A stretch of DNA of 64,000 nucleotides from Heterodontus francisci (Eukaryota). Each line of letters opens with the position of its first letter. Positions within the stretch are counted from its first letter, which is position 1. The stretch is taken from contig NC_090404.1 in assembly GCF_036365525.1 (NCBI RefSeq), positions 6,696,001 through 6,760,000 on the forward strand. The letters are read 5' to 3'. Position numbers and translations under genes: made by a program. Shown in pieces: positions 10,107-22,881 of the stretch. Below the pieces are notes generated by a model. That model had not been told where the DNA came from, did no database searches, and saw only the letters and a list, made by a program, of their open reading frames with translations.

Positions 10107-11893
10107 GACCTTTGCCCTTCCTAATATATATTAATGTCTTAGACCTTTGCATACAGGGCATAATTTCGAAACTTTTGGATGATCCGAAATGTGCAGGCAT
10201 TTTGAAATTTTAGGAGAATAGTCGAACCTCAAAAGGACATAGACAGGTTGGTGGAATAGGCGGACAAGTGGCTGCTGTAATTTAATGCAGTGAAATAATT
10301 CATCTTGGTAGGAAGACAATAGGTAGGTAGAGAGACAATATAATATAAAAGATACAATTCTAAATGGAGTGCAGGAGCAGAGAGACCTTGGTGTCTATGT
10401 GCATAAATCATTAAAGCTGTCAGGACAGGTTGAGAGAGCAGTTAATAAAGCATACAGTATCCTAGGCTTCATCAATAGGAGCATCGAGTAGGAACTCATG
10501 TTAAACTTGTATTAAGCACTGGTTCGGCCTCAACTGGAGTACTGTAGCAAGTTCTGGATCGCACACGTTCGGAAAGATGTGAAGGCGTTATGGAGGGTGC
10601 AGAAAAGATTGACAACAATTGTTCCAGAGATGGGGAACTTCAGTTACGTAGCTATATTAGGGAGTTTGAGACTGCTTTCCTTGGAGAAGAGAAGGTTGAG
10701 AGGAGCTTTGATAGAGTTGTTAATTTATTTTTATTTAGAGATACAGCACTGAAACAGGCCCTTCGGCCCACCGAGTCTGTGCCGACCATCAACCACCCAT
10801 TTATACTAATCCTACACTAATTCCATATTCCTACCACATCCCCATCTGTCCCTATATTTCCCTACCACCTACCTATACTTGGGGCAATTTATAATGGCCA
10901 ATTTACCTAACAACGTGCAAGTCTTTGGAATGTGGGAGGAAACAGGAGTACCCGGAGGAAACCCACGCAGACACAGGGAGAACTTGCAAACTCCACACAG
11001 GCGGTATCCAGAATTGAACCCGGGTCCCTGGAGCTGTGAGGCTGCGGTGCTAACCACTGCGCCACTGTGCCGCCCTAAAAATCACAAGGAGTGCAGACAG
11101 AGTAGGTAAGGGAAACCGGTTCACATTGGTGGAAGGATCGAGAACAAGAGGGAAGAGATTTAAGGTTGGCAAAAGAAGCAATGGAGACATAAGGAAAAGA
11201 TTTTTCACACAGCGAGTGGTTGGGATCTGGAATGCACGGCTTGAGACTGTGGCGGAGGCAGGTTCAATCGTGGCATTCAAAAGGTGATTGGACTGTTATC
11301 TGAAAGGGAAGAATGTGCAGGGTTTTGGGGAGAAGGTGGGACACTGGCACCAGGTACCTTGCTCCTTCGGAAAGCCAACGCAGTCACGACGGACCGAATG
11401 GGCTCCTTCTGTGCTGTAATAATTCTGAGATTCCCTGATACACATGAGGATTCTTTTTCTTAGGAGGGAAAAATAACCAAGCTGAAGGACAGCCGGTTCT
11501 CTCTGGACAAGCGCACATCGCTGTCACCCCACATTGGAGGACTGCTCTGTTCTCTCTGCCTGGCATTGCTGTCAGATAGTCACATGATTACGCTATTTGG
11601 CCACTTCAGCCTGCTCCTCCGTTCAGTGGGAGAGACAGTGGCGTAGTGGCAATGTCACGGGACGAGTAATCCAAAGCCCAGGCTAATGTTCTGGGGACAT
11701 TAGTTCGCATCCCACTATGGCAGAGAGTGAAATATTCAAATCAATTGGTATATCTGGAATTTAAAAGAAAACTAGGATTACGACGACTATGAAACCGTTG
11801 TTGTAAAAACCCTTCTGGTTCACTAATTTCCTTTAGGGAGGGAAATCAGCCATCTTTACCTAGTCTGACCGACATGTGATTCCAGACCCACAG
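10107..11893 (-). repeat. Inverted third copy of 7897-9683 inside the palindrome spacer (repeated at 26427-28213)
   Basis: Coordinate sum 19790; boundaries read directly from the sequence; one private substitution at 11384. Confidence 0.95.
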
Positions 11894-12285
11894 ACACTAC
11901 ACTGGCTGCCATTTCTTTTATTCAATTACCCCTTAGTTAAGTACAACTATAGATATTAACAAAAACAGTAAATAGCTTACCTGTTCAGTCCTTTTTGGCT
12001 AGAGGAGGAGGGTAAAAAGGGTCTTATTATTAGGTTAGAGGAGGAGGATGGGCGGGAGACACTACATGTGTAGTGGCTCGGGTTTACTCAGCTCCGCACC
12101 TTTAAGGAAAATACCTACCCAGGAGACCTCGCTGCCGACCAGCTTCCGGTTCCTCCGGCGCCAAAAGAAACTCAAAGACAAGGAAAACAGTAAGTAAAAC
12201 AGTAAGTACTTACTTTTAAAACACAGCTCCTGATGCCTTCACTCACCCACCGAAGAGTCGCTACCTTCTCCTGCTGCTCCGCCGG
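11894..12285 (-). mobile_element. Probable CR1 LINE 5' UTR and first codons of ORF1, truncated
   Basis: Minus strand shows a GC-rich start, internal GT(A/G)AG donors and AAACCCGAGCCACTACACATGTAGTGTCTCCCGCCCATCCTCCTCCTCTAACC, and ends in ATG GCA GCC AGT GTA GTG T. It resembles shark CR1 5' ends as I recall them; not verified by search. Confidence 0.5.
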
Positions 12286-15200
12286 GAAATTCACTCCATG
12301 AATATGCCAGGATCCATTTTTTGTATTCTGCCTGTGATTGTTATCTTTTCTGCTTGTTAATTTAAACTCATATTTTCATATAAACGAATTTCCTCAGAGG
12401 CTGCCCAGTTATAATCTGGAGTGATAGAGTCCTGGGAGCAGGAGATTCCTCTCTCTCCCATCTGGCGGTGATAATGGTTAAATCGGCCGCTTGGAGCAAC
12501 GAATCATGAAACTTGCTTTCAACTTGCTTCCTCTTTTTACTACTTACCTAGAGTCAAAAAATTCAACTGCCAACTAAATGTTTCTTCTGACTATATCCTT
12601 TGCTCATTTAGCTCCAACATGGGCAATCGTAATTAATGGATGTGTTCGGGCTGGAGGAAGATTTGCAGTGGAATTCCCCAGTGGTCGGTGTTAAGACCTT
12701 TGCCCTTCCTAATATATATTAATGTCTTAGACCTTTGCATACAGGGCATAATTTCGAAACTTTTGGATGATCCGAAATGTGCAGGCATTTTGAAATTTTA
12801 GGAGAATAGTCGAACCTCAAAAGGACATAGACAGGTTGGTGGAATAGGCGGACAAGTGGCTGCTGTAATTTAATGCAGTGAAATAATTCATCTTGGTAGG
12901 AAGACAATAGGTAGGTAGAGAGACAATATAATATAAAAGATACAATTCTAAATGGAGTGCAGGAGCAGAGAGACCTTGGTGTCTATGTGCATAAATCATT
13001 AAAGCTGTCAGGACAGGTTGAGAGAGCAGTTAATAAAGCATACAGTATCCTAGGCTTCATCAATAGGAGCATCGAGTAGGAACTCATGTTAAACTTGTAT
13101 TAAGCACTGGTTCGGCCTCAACTGGAGTACTGTAGCAAGTTCTGGATCGCACACGTTCGGAAAGATGTGAAGGCGTTATGGAGGGTGCAGAAAAGATTGA
13201 CAACAATTGTTCCAGAGATGGGGAACTTCAGTTACGTAGCTATATTAGGGAGTTTGAGACTGCTTTCCTTGGAGAAGAGAAGGTTGAGAGGAGCTTTGAT
13301 AGAGTTGTTAATTTATTTTTATTTAGAGATACAGCACTGAAACAGGCCCTTCGGCCCACCGAGTCTGTGCCGACCATCAACCACCCATTTATACTAATCC
13401 TACACTAATTCCATATTCCTACCACATCCCCATCTGTCCCTATATTTCCCTACCACCTACCTATACTTGGGGCAATTTATAATGGCCAATTTACCTAACA
13501 ACGTGCAAGTCTTTGGAATGTGGGAGGAAACAGGAGTACCCGGAGGAAACCCACGCAGACACAGGGAGAACTTGCAAACTCCACACAGGCGGTATCCAGA
13601 ATTGAACCCGGGTCCCTGGAGCTGTGAGGCTGCGGTGCTAACCACTGCGCCACTGTGCCGCCCTAAAAATCACAAGGAGTGCAGACAGAGTAGGTAAGGG
13701 AAACCGGTTCACATTGGTGGAAGGATCGAGAACAAGAGGGAACAGATTTAAGGTTGGCAAAAGAAGCAATGGAGACATAAGGAAAAGATTTTTCACACAG
13801 CGAGTGGTTGGGATCTGGAATGCACGGCTTGAGACTGTGGCGGAGGCAGGTTCAATCGTGGCATTCAAAAGGTGATTGGACTGTTATCTGAAAGGGAAGA
13901 ATGTGCAGGGTTTTGGGGAGAAGGTGGGACACTGGCACCAGGTACCTTGCTCCTTCGGAAAGCCAACGCAGACACGACGGACCGAATGGGCTCCTTCTGC
14001 GCTGTAATAATTCTGAGATTCCCTGATACACATGAGGATTCTTTTTCTTAGGAGGGAAAAATAACCAAGCTGAAGGACAGCCGGTTCTCTCTGGACAAGC
14101 GCACATCGCTGTCACCCCACATTGGAGGACTGCTCTGTTCTCTCTGCCTGGCATTGCTGTCAGATAGTCACATGATTACGCTATTTGGCCACTTCAGCCT
14201 GCTCCTCCGTTCAGTGGGAGAGACAGTGGCGTAGTGGCAATGTCACGGGACGAGTAATCCAAAGCCCAGGCTAATGTTCTGGGGACATTAGTTCGCATCC
14301 CACTATGGCAGAGAGTGAAATATTCAAATCAATTGGTATATCTGGAATTTAAAAGAAAACTAGGATTACGACGACTATGAAACCGTTGTTGTAAAAACCC
14401 TTCTGGTTCACTAATTTCCTTTAGGGAGGGAAATCAGCCATCTTTACCTAGTCTGACCGACATGTGATTCCAGACCCACAGCAATGTGCTTGAAAATGCC
14501 CTCTGAAATAGCCTAGCAAGCCACTCAGTTCAAGTGCAATCAGGGGTGGGCAATAAATGCTGGCCCAGCCAGCGACGCCCACATCCCACAAACGAATAAA
14601 AATAAAATCAGACCAGGGCTGATTTGCATCTTAACCTTTTTACCTGCCTTAGCTCCATACGCATTGACACACTTACAGAGGCAACATAGGATAATAAGGA
14701 GGACATTGGGACTCTTGAAAATATTCTGCCATAGAATTAGATCCCGGCTGATCTCGGGCTGGTCACACGTCTCTGCTCCAAATCTCTTCACAACCTCGCA
14801 CAGCAACATGAGAACAGGAGGAGGTCTTTCAGCTTTTTGGGCCTGTTAAATAAGAACAGGACGGAGCCATTCATCCCTCCCGCTTGCTCTGTCATTTCAT
14901 TGCATCATGTCTGATGTTTACCTCACTCCATTTATCCACCTTTGCGCCACATCTTTTGATACCAAACAAAAATGTATCAATCTTAATATTGAAAGGTCCA
15001 ACTCCAACCCCTCCACCCCCACCCCCCCCCCCCCAAGAATCCATAGTCTTTTAGGGGACAGAATTCCATATTGCTACCTCCCCCTTTGTGCTAAAAATAG
15101 CACCTTGAGCAAGACTGGTAGGAAGAAAAAAGTACCAGCTTTTAATTTTGCGTCTGCATATTTGTGGGGGCAAGGAGATGGGAGTAACGTGCGTGTGACA

Positions 15201-15816
15201 TCTGATGGAAGGTTCATTTAAGTTTAGGTTGTCTTGAGATCAATAAGACGGAAGGCAGCTCCCTGCTAACTCGGTAGCTTGTGACCTCTGTGGAAGTGGA
15301 GTAGGAAGCTCGATATGTATATTGAAGTGGACACCCAGTCCCTCATTCTTCGGTTGTACTAATGCGCCACCTTCCTCAGCACTGATCATGTATTGTTTAT
15401 TTGCTCTGATAACTCCAGCTCCACTTCGTGACTTGCCCCATGGAGGAATTTTCCCTCAACACCTCGCCCATCATCCGCTGTTCTCTACTTGCTACTTCAT
15501 CCTATTTGAAGGTGGCAGGACAAGTTAATGATCTGTTGAAAACAAACACATAGCATTGTGACATTTTATACATAGAGGCATAGAGTGCAAAGGCAACGGA
15601 ATTTTACTGCACCTCGATAACTCACTGTTTAGACCTCAGCCAGAGAACTATATACAATTCTGAAAACCACAATTTAGACAGAATGCCAAGGATTCGAATG
15701 TGTGCAGAGAAGATGTATTGGACTGGCACTAGGGATAATGAACTTTAGTTATATTGAGAGACGGTGGAGACTGGGATTGTTCTCGTTTGAGCAAAGACGG
15801 ATGAGATCAGATTAAT

Positions 15817-17352
15817 CAGGTTATGGGAAGCAAGGGATGAAATTGCAGAGCCGCTGGCAATGATCTTTTCATCTTCTCTGCTGACGGGGGTGGTACCAGG
15901 TGATTGGAGGGTGGCAAATGTTGTGCCCCTGTTCAAGAAAGGGAATAGGAACAACCCTGGGAATTACAGGCCAGTTAGTCTTACTTCGGTGGTAGGCAAG
16001 TTGATGGAAAAGGTGCTGAGGGATAGGATTTCTGAGCATCTGGAAAGACACTGCTTGATTCGGGACAGTCAGCACGGTTTTGTGAGGGGTAGGTCTTGCC
16101 TCACAAGCCTGATTGAATTCTTTGAGCAGGTGACCAAGCAAGTGGATGAGGGTAAACCAGTGGATGTGGTGTACATGGATTTTAGTAAGGCATTTGATAA
16201 GGTCCCCCATGGTAGACTTATGGAGAAAGTCAGGAGGCATGGGATAGTGGGGAATGTGGCCAGTTGGATTAAGAATTGGCTAACTGATAGAAGGCAGAGA
16301 GTGGTCTTAGATGGTAAATACTCAGCCTGGAGCCCAGTTACCAGTGGCGTGCCGCAGGGATCAGTTCTGGGTCCTCTCCTGTTTGTGATTTTTATTAACG
16401 ACTTGGATGAGGAAGTCGAAGGGTGGGTCAGTAAATTTGCAGATGATACAAAGGTTGGTGGAGTTGTGGATACCGAGGAGGGCTATTGTCGTCTGCAAAG
16501 GGACTTGGATAGGTTGCAGTGCTGGGCTGAAAAGTGGCAGATGGAGTTTAACCCTGAAAAGTGTGAGGTCGTCCATTTTGGAAGGACAAACATGAATGCA
16601 AAATACTGGGTTAACGGTAGGGTTCTTGGGCATGTGGAGGAGCAGAGAGACCTTGGGGTCTATGTGCATAGATCATTGAAAGTTGCAACTCAAGTGGATA
16701 GGGCTGTGAAGAAGGCATATGGGGTGTTAGCGTTCATTAGCAGAGGGATTGAATTTAAGAGCCGTGAGGTGATGATGCAGCTGTACAGGACCTTGGTAAG
16801 GCCTCATTTGGAGTACTGTGTGCAGTTCTGGTCGCCTCATTTTAGGAAGGATGTGGAAGCCTTGGAGAGGGTGCAGAGGAGATTTACCAGGATGTTGCCT
16901 GGAATGGAGAATAAGTCTTACGAGGAAAGGCTGAACATTCTAGGCCTCTTCTCATTAGAAAGGAGAAGGATGAGGGGTGACATGATAGAGGTTTATAAGA
17001 TGATCAGGGGAATAGATAGGGTAGACAGTCAGAAACTTTTTCCCCGGGTGGAGCAAAGCGTTACAAGGGGTCATAAATTTAAGGTGAAGGGTGGGAGATA
17101 TAAGGGGGATGTCAGGGGAAGGTTCTTTACCCAGAGAGTGGTCGAGGCATGGAATGCCTTGCCCGGGGAAGTTGTTGAGTCAGAAACTTTAGGGACTTTC
17201 AAAAGGCTTTTGGATAGGTATATGGATAAAGGAGAATGATGGGGTATAGATTAAATTGTCCTTGACAGAGGACAAAGGATCGGCACAACATTGTGGGCCG
17301 AAGGGCCTGTTCTGTGCTGTATGTTCTATGTTCTATGTTCTATGTTCTATGT
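15817..17352 (+). mobile_element. Young CR1 LINE, mirror copy (RT ORF 15860-17239)
   Basis: Identical 459-aa RT ORF and (TTCTATG)n tail. Confidence 0.95.
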
Positions 17353-17789
17353 AAATAGAAATGTTCAAAATTAGGATGGGTTTGATGGAGCAGATAGAGA
17401 GAAACTGCTTCCAATGGCAGAAAGGTGCTCAACAGGAGGACACTGCTGCAAACGTGACTGGGAAAATAATTAAAGGGATGATGAGGACTTTGTTTTGCAC
17501 TTCGACCTCTTGTGATCTGGACTGCGCAGCTTGAAAGGGTTGTCGAAGCACATTCAATGAAGCATTTAATAAATAATTGAAGGGGAAATAAATTGCAATT
17601 CTGTGGGGAAAGACCAGGGCAGTGGAACTAATTGGATAGCTCTTTCAAAAAGCTGGTATAGGTATCATGGCCGAATGGCCGCCTTCCGCGCTGTATGATG
17701 GCATGATTCAGTTGTCAGGAATTGCACTCGGTGCTGCAGCTCTATCTGACCGCACTGGAACACATCCTCTGCCAAAACAGACCGCAGTC

Positions 17790-17856
17790 AGTTTTTGTAC
17801 GAGTGGACCATTAGGTTGTATCACTGTGCACAGTGGCACAAACCCGCACAAATACT
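17790..17856 (-). other. 12/23 signal joint, mirror copy
   Basis: AGTTTTTGT, 23 bp, CACTGTG (17822-17828) abutting CACAGTG (17829-17835), 12 bp, ACAAATACT. Confidence 0.93.
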
Positions 17857-18245
17857 TCACTCACTCTCTGTTCGGTACTGCCTCTCAATATTCACTTCAA
17901 ATAGAAGTTCACTTCTGATCTAGTTTAGAAAGATCCAAAAGTTTACAACATGCAGTAGGAAGTTAACACAGCTCCATGTAACTCCGTACAGGTAACAATC
18001 ACCTTGAAACTAGCATCTTATCCAGGTCTGCAATTGCTGACACTCTTAAGGTTAAAATTCAGCATAAGCAAAATTACTCATCAGAACGGCAGTCCGTTCT
18101 TAGATTTGTTCCATTGAATCTCAGCTGGGTTAGTTTTGTAAGAGACCCGTATATGGTCTGGTTCTGAACACTGCCGTTAACATTATATTTAATACAATTA
18201 CTGACCGTCAGGTTATGATGGAATGTGTCGAACTCCCTCACGATC

Positions 18246-18284
18246 TGTTTTTGTCCGGTTCCAGCCCTGGTTCCCCTCACTGTG
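18246..18284 (-). other. 23-RSS of the mirror VH
   Basis: TGTTTTTGT (18246-18254), 23 bp, CACTGTG (18278-18284). Confidence 0.97.
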
Positions 18285-18759
18285 ATTCTCTTGCACAGTA
18301 ATAGATGGCGCTGTCTTTGGTCTTCAGGTTCTTCATGTCCAAAGTGAAGATATTATTTGAAGTTTCTTTGGACGCAGTAAATCGATCCTTAATCTCTGGG
18401 GCATAACCATTGCTGGATGAAGTATTGTAGTGAACCAACCACTGCAGCCCCTTCCCGGGAACCTGTCGGATCCAGTGCATCCTATAGCTGCCAAGATTGA
18501 ATCCAGTGGTTTTGCAGGTCAGTCTCAGGGAGCCTCCGGGTTTCCCGGTCTCTGCCTCTGGCTGAGTCAACACGACATCCAAATGGACACCTGTCAAAAT
18601 ATCAAAACCCTGAGGATTAATCCTGGTGAATTGATTCCTGACTCTGTAACATTCCAGAGAGACTAATACTGAGACAGTAACAGTGAGAGAAACGGACAAT
18701 CAAAACTACGCACGGGATAAGAAAACCAGTAACAGACTGAGAGAAATCGCCGACCTCAT
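18285..18759 (-). CDS. IGHV: IgH VH segment, mirror copy (leader, intron, V exon)
   Basis: Reverse complement of 3621-4095 with an identical translation. Confidence 0.95.
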
Positions 18760-19931
18760 ACTTCTGGCAATTCGGGAGAAATGGTTCTGATAAGAACTCA
18801 CTGAGCAAACTGACTCCCGGAATGTTGTATTGCGGTCCCAGTGACCGGCATTTAAAAACCTGGCAGAAGGGGGCGAGGTTACAGGCCCCGCCTATTGATT
18901 CCCTGATAGAGGCGGTTACTGGATCCACGTCCCACCTTCCACATCACCAAAAGAATGGACTCATATCATTACACTGGGATATTATTAAATGTGAACTTTT
19001 TACCTCTATCTCGGGATTGATATTTGGCTATATGGTTTGAATGCAAACTGTTACTTGGTACTGAATGGAAATATTGCAGTTGAGAATGCGTTCAGTAATA
19101 AATAATTGCATTGTGGATTGTGAATTAAACCCCTTTATTAAGTCAAAACTACACTAAGGATGTCAAAGTCTAAGATTAAATTATATTAAGGGCGTCTAAA
19201 GTGACTGCTCATTGCTCTGTCTCTTGCTATCCAACCCTTCAATCTATAGCAATAAAGTATCCCCGATAATGTTTTTTTAAAATCATTTTATGCAACAATG
19301 TGTGGGATAATCGAGAAGTGATTCTATTTGCAGCGTGAATGACTGTAGTTACACTACTAAGGACCAGAGTGAATAGAAACACTTCACATCACACAAGTCT
19401 CTCTCTCTCTATTTCTCGAATGGCTGTTGATTCTGTTACCCTAAGACAGCCATTTGAAAATTAGTTGTAAAATAAGTTGACTTGCTTGATAATGAAGGAG
19501 TGACATGCAAAATTCAGATCAGCTTTTGAAAAACAGGAGCTAGTGAATCAGAACCGATAGGGCGATCAGCAAATCTATCCCCCTGCACCCAAATCATTGC
19601 AGGTAACTGTAATAGCGACAGACTGTGCAACATACTATGGTATCAGAAATGCAGCTATCAAGACTTAACGCTATGCTACATGGAAACGGATCACAAACTG
19701 GGGATTTCTCGATCCATCGGTAGCCTGGCTATGAGAAGGCAAGTTTGACAATGGAAATCATCAAAAATTAAACTGTACGGTACGCAGCTGTTATCAGTAA
19801 TAAAGGAGTCTTCAATTTGAATGTAATTCACACCTCTGTGAGAAAGGTCAAGGAAATACAACGGGTTCAAGGCAATTCCACCTATTTATTTATTATGCGA
19901 TTCCCACTTATAGCAATATGATGTGGGTATG

Positions 19932-19944
19932 NNNNNNNNNNNNN
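19932..19944. other. Assembly gap of 13 N
   Basis: Thirteen n characters. They are followed by a noisy ~36-bp inverted copy of 3568-3603, then the sequence restarts at the end of the VH leader. Confidence 1.
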
Positions 19945-20111
19945 AGAAATGGTTCTGATAAGAACCTCACTGAGCAACTGTTCTTCCCGTGCGTAGTTTT
20001 GATTGTCCGTTTCTCTCACTGTTACTGTCTCAGTATTAGTCTCTCTGGAATGTTACAGAGTCAGGAATCAATTCACCAGGATTAATCCTCAGGGTTTTGA
20101 TATTTTGACAG

Positions 20112-20417
20112 GTGTCCATTTGGATGTCGTGTTGACTCAGCCAGAGGCAGAGACCGGGAAACCCGGAGGCTCCCTGAGACTGACCTGCAAAACCACTGGA
20201 TTCAATCTTGGCAGCTATAGGATGCACTGGATCCGACAGGTTCCCGGGAAGGGGCTGCAGTGGTTGGTTCACTACAATACTTCATCCAGCAATGGTTATG
20301 CCCCAGAGATTAAGGATCGATTTACTGCGTCCAAAGAAACTTCAAATAATATCTTCACTTTGGACATGAAGAACCTGAAGACCAAAGACAGCGCCATCTA
20401 TTACTGTGCAAGAGAAT
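20112..20417 (+). CDS. IGHV: IgH VH V exon, duplicated copy (leader cut off at contig start); 23-RSS at 20418-20456, signal joint at 20846-20912
   Basis: Identical to 3790-4095; likely the same physical gene assembled twice. Confidence 0.8.
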
Positions 20418-21348
20418 CACAGTGAGGGGAACCAGGGCTGGAACCGGACAAAAACAGATCGTGAGGGAGTTCGACACATTCCATCATAACCTGACGGTCA
20501 GTAATTGTATTAAATATAATGTTAACGGCAGTGTTCAGAACCAGACCATATACGGGTCTCTTACAAAACTAACCCAGCTGAGATTCAATGGAACAAATCT
20601 AAGAACGGACTGCCGTTCTGATGAGTAATTTTGCTTATGCTGAATTTTAACCTTAAGAGTGTCAGCAATTGCAGACCTGGATAAGATGCTAGTTTCAAGG
20701 TGATTGTTACCTGTACGGAGTTACATGGAGCTGTGTTAACTTCCTACTGCATGTTGTAAACTTTTGGATCTTTCTAAACTAGATCAGAAGTGAACTTCTA
20801 TTTGAAGTGAATATTGAGAGGCAGTACCGAACAGAGAGTGAGTGAAGTATTTGTGCGGGTTTGTGCCACTGTGCACAGTGATACAACCTAATGGTCCACT
20901 CGTACAAAAACTGACTGCGGTCTGTTTTGGCAGAGGATGTGTTCCAGTGCGGTCAGATAGAGCTGCAGCACCGAGTGCAATTCCTGACAACTGAATCATG
21001 CCATCATACAGCGCGGAAGGCGGCCATTCGGCCATGATACCTATACCAGCTTTTTGAAAGAGCTATCCAATTAGTTCCACTGCCCTGGTCTTTCCCCACA
21101 GAATTGCAATTTATTTCCCCTTCAATTATTTATTAAATGCTTCATTGAATGTGCTTCGACAACCCTTTCAAGCTGCGCAGTCCAGATCACAAGAGGTCGA
21201 AGTGCAAAACAAAGTCCTCATCATCCCTTTAATTATTTTCCCAGTCACGTTGCAGCAGTGTCCTCCTGTTGAGCACCTTTCTGCCATTGGAAGCAGTTTC
21301 TCTCTATCTGCTCCATCAAACCCATCCTAATTTTGAACATTTCTATTT

Positions 21349-22881
21349 ACATAGAACATAGAACATAGAACATAGAACATACAGCACAGAACAGGCCCTT
21401 CGGCCCACAATGTTGTGCCGATCCTTTGTCCTCTGTCAAGGACAATTTAATCTATACCCCATCATTCTCCTTTATCCATATACCTATCCAAAAGCCTTTT
21501 GAAAGTCCCTAAAGTTTCTGACTCAACAACTTCCCCGGCAAGGCATTCCATGCCTCGACCACTCTCTGGGTAAAGAACCTTCCCCTGACATCCCCCTTAT
21601 ATCTCCCACCCTTCACCTTAAATTTATGACCCCTTGTAACGCTTTGCTCCACCGGGGAAAAAGTTTCTGACTGTCTACCCTATCTATTCCCCTGATCATC
21701 TTATAAACCTCTATCATGTCACCCCTCATCCTTCTCCTTTCTAATGAGAAGAGGCCTAGAATGTTCAGCCTTTCCTCGTAAGACTTATTCTCCATTCCAG
21801 GCAACATCCTGGTAAATCTCCTCTGCACCCTCTCCAAGGCTTCCACATCCTTCCTAAAATGAGGCGACCAGAACTGCACACAGTACTCCAAATGAGGCCT
21901 TACCAAGGTCCTGTACAGCTGCATCATCACCTCACGGCTCTTAAATTCAATCCCTCTGCTAATGAACGCTAACACCCCATATGCCTTCTTCACAGCCCTA
22001 TCCACTTGAGTTGCAACTTTCAATGATCTATGCACATAGACCCCAAGGTCTCTCTGCTCCTCCACATGCCCAAGAACCCTACCGTTAACCCAGTATTTTG
22101 CATTCATGTTTGTCCTTCCAAAATGGACGACCTCACACTTTTCAGGGTTAAACTCCATCTGCCACTTTTCAGCCCAGCACTGCAACCTATCCAAGTCCCT
22201 TTGCAGACGACAATAGCCCTCCTCGGTATCCACAACTCCACCAACCTTTGTATCATCTGCAAATTTACTGACCCACCCTTCGACTTCCTCATCCAAGTCG
22301 TTAATAAAATCACAAACAGGAGAGGACCCAGAACTGATCCCTGCGGCACGCCACTGGTAACTGGGCTCCAGGCTGAGTATTTACCATCTAAGACCACTCT
22401 CTGCCTTCTATCAGTTAGCCAATTCTTAATCCAACTGGCCACATTCCCCACTATCCCATGCCTCCTGACTTTCTCCATAAGTCTACCATGGGGGACCTTA
22501 TCAAATGCCTTACTAAAATCCATGTACACCACATCCACTGGTTTACCCTCATCCACTTGCTTGGTCACCTGCTCAAAGAATTCAATCAGGCTTGTGAGGC
22601 AAGACCTACCCCTCACAAAACCGTGCTGACTGTCCCGAATCAAGCAGTGTCTTTCCAGATGCTCAGAAATCCTATCCCTCAGCACCTTTTCCATCAACTT
22701 GCCTACCACCGAAGTAAGACTAACTGGCCTGTAATTCCCAGGGTTGTTCCTATTCCCTTTCTTGAACAGGGGCACAACATTTGCCACCCTCCAATCACCT
22801 GGTACCACCCCCGTCAGCAGAGAAGATGAAAAGATCATTGCCAGCGGCTCTGCAATTTCATCCCTTGCTTCCCATAACCTG
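21349..22881 (-). mobile_element. Young CR1 LINE, duplicated copy with three 1-bp deletions
   Basis: The ORF is split into 22104-22838 and 21613-22296 by homopolymer deletions near 21537, 21652 and 22309. Confidence 0.9.

Noticed and set aside
10081-12290. Palindrome as a missed-adapter read artefact
   Set aside because: The centre is a complex 2.17-kb spacer with unique sequence, and arm-specific substitutions recur on both sides of the gap.
21613-22838. Biologically frameshifted CR1 copy
   Set aside because: The 1-bp homopolymer deletions lie near a contig start inside the probable overlap duplicate, so they are more likely consensus errors.
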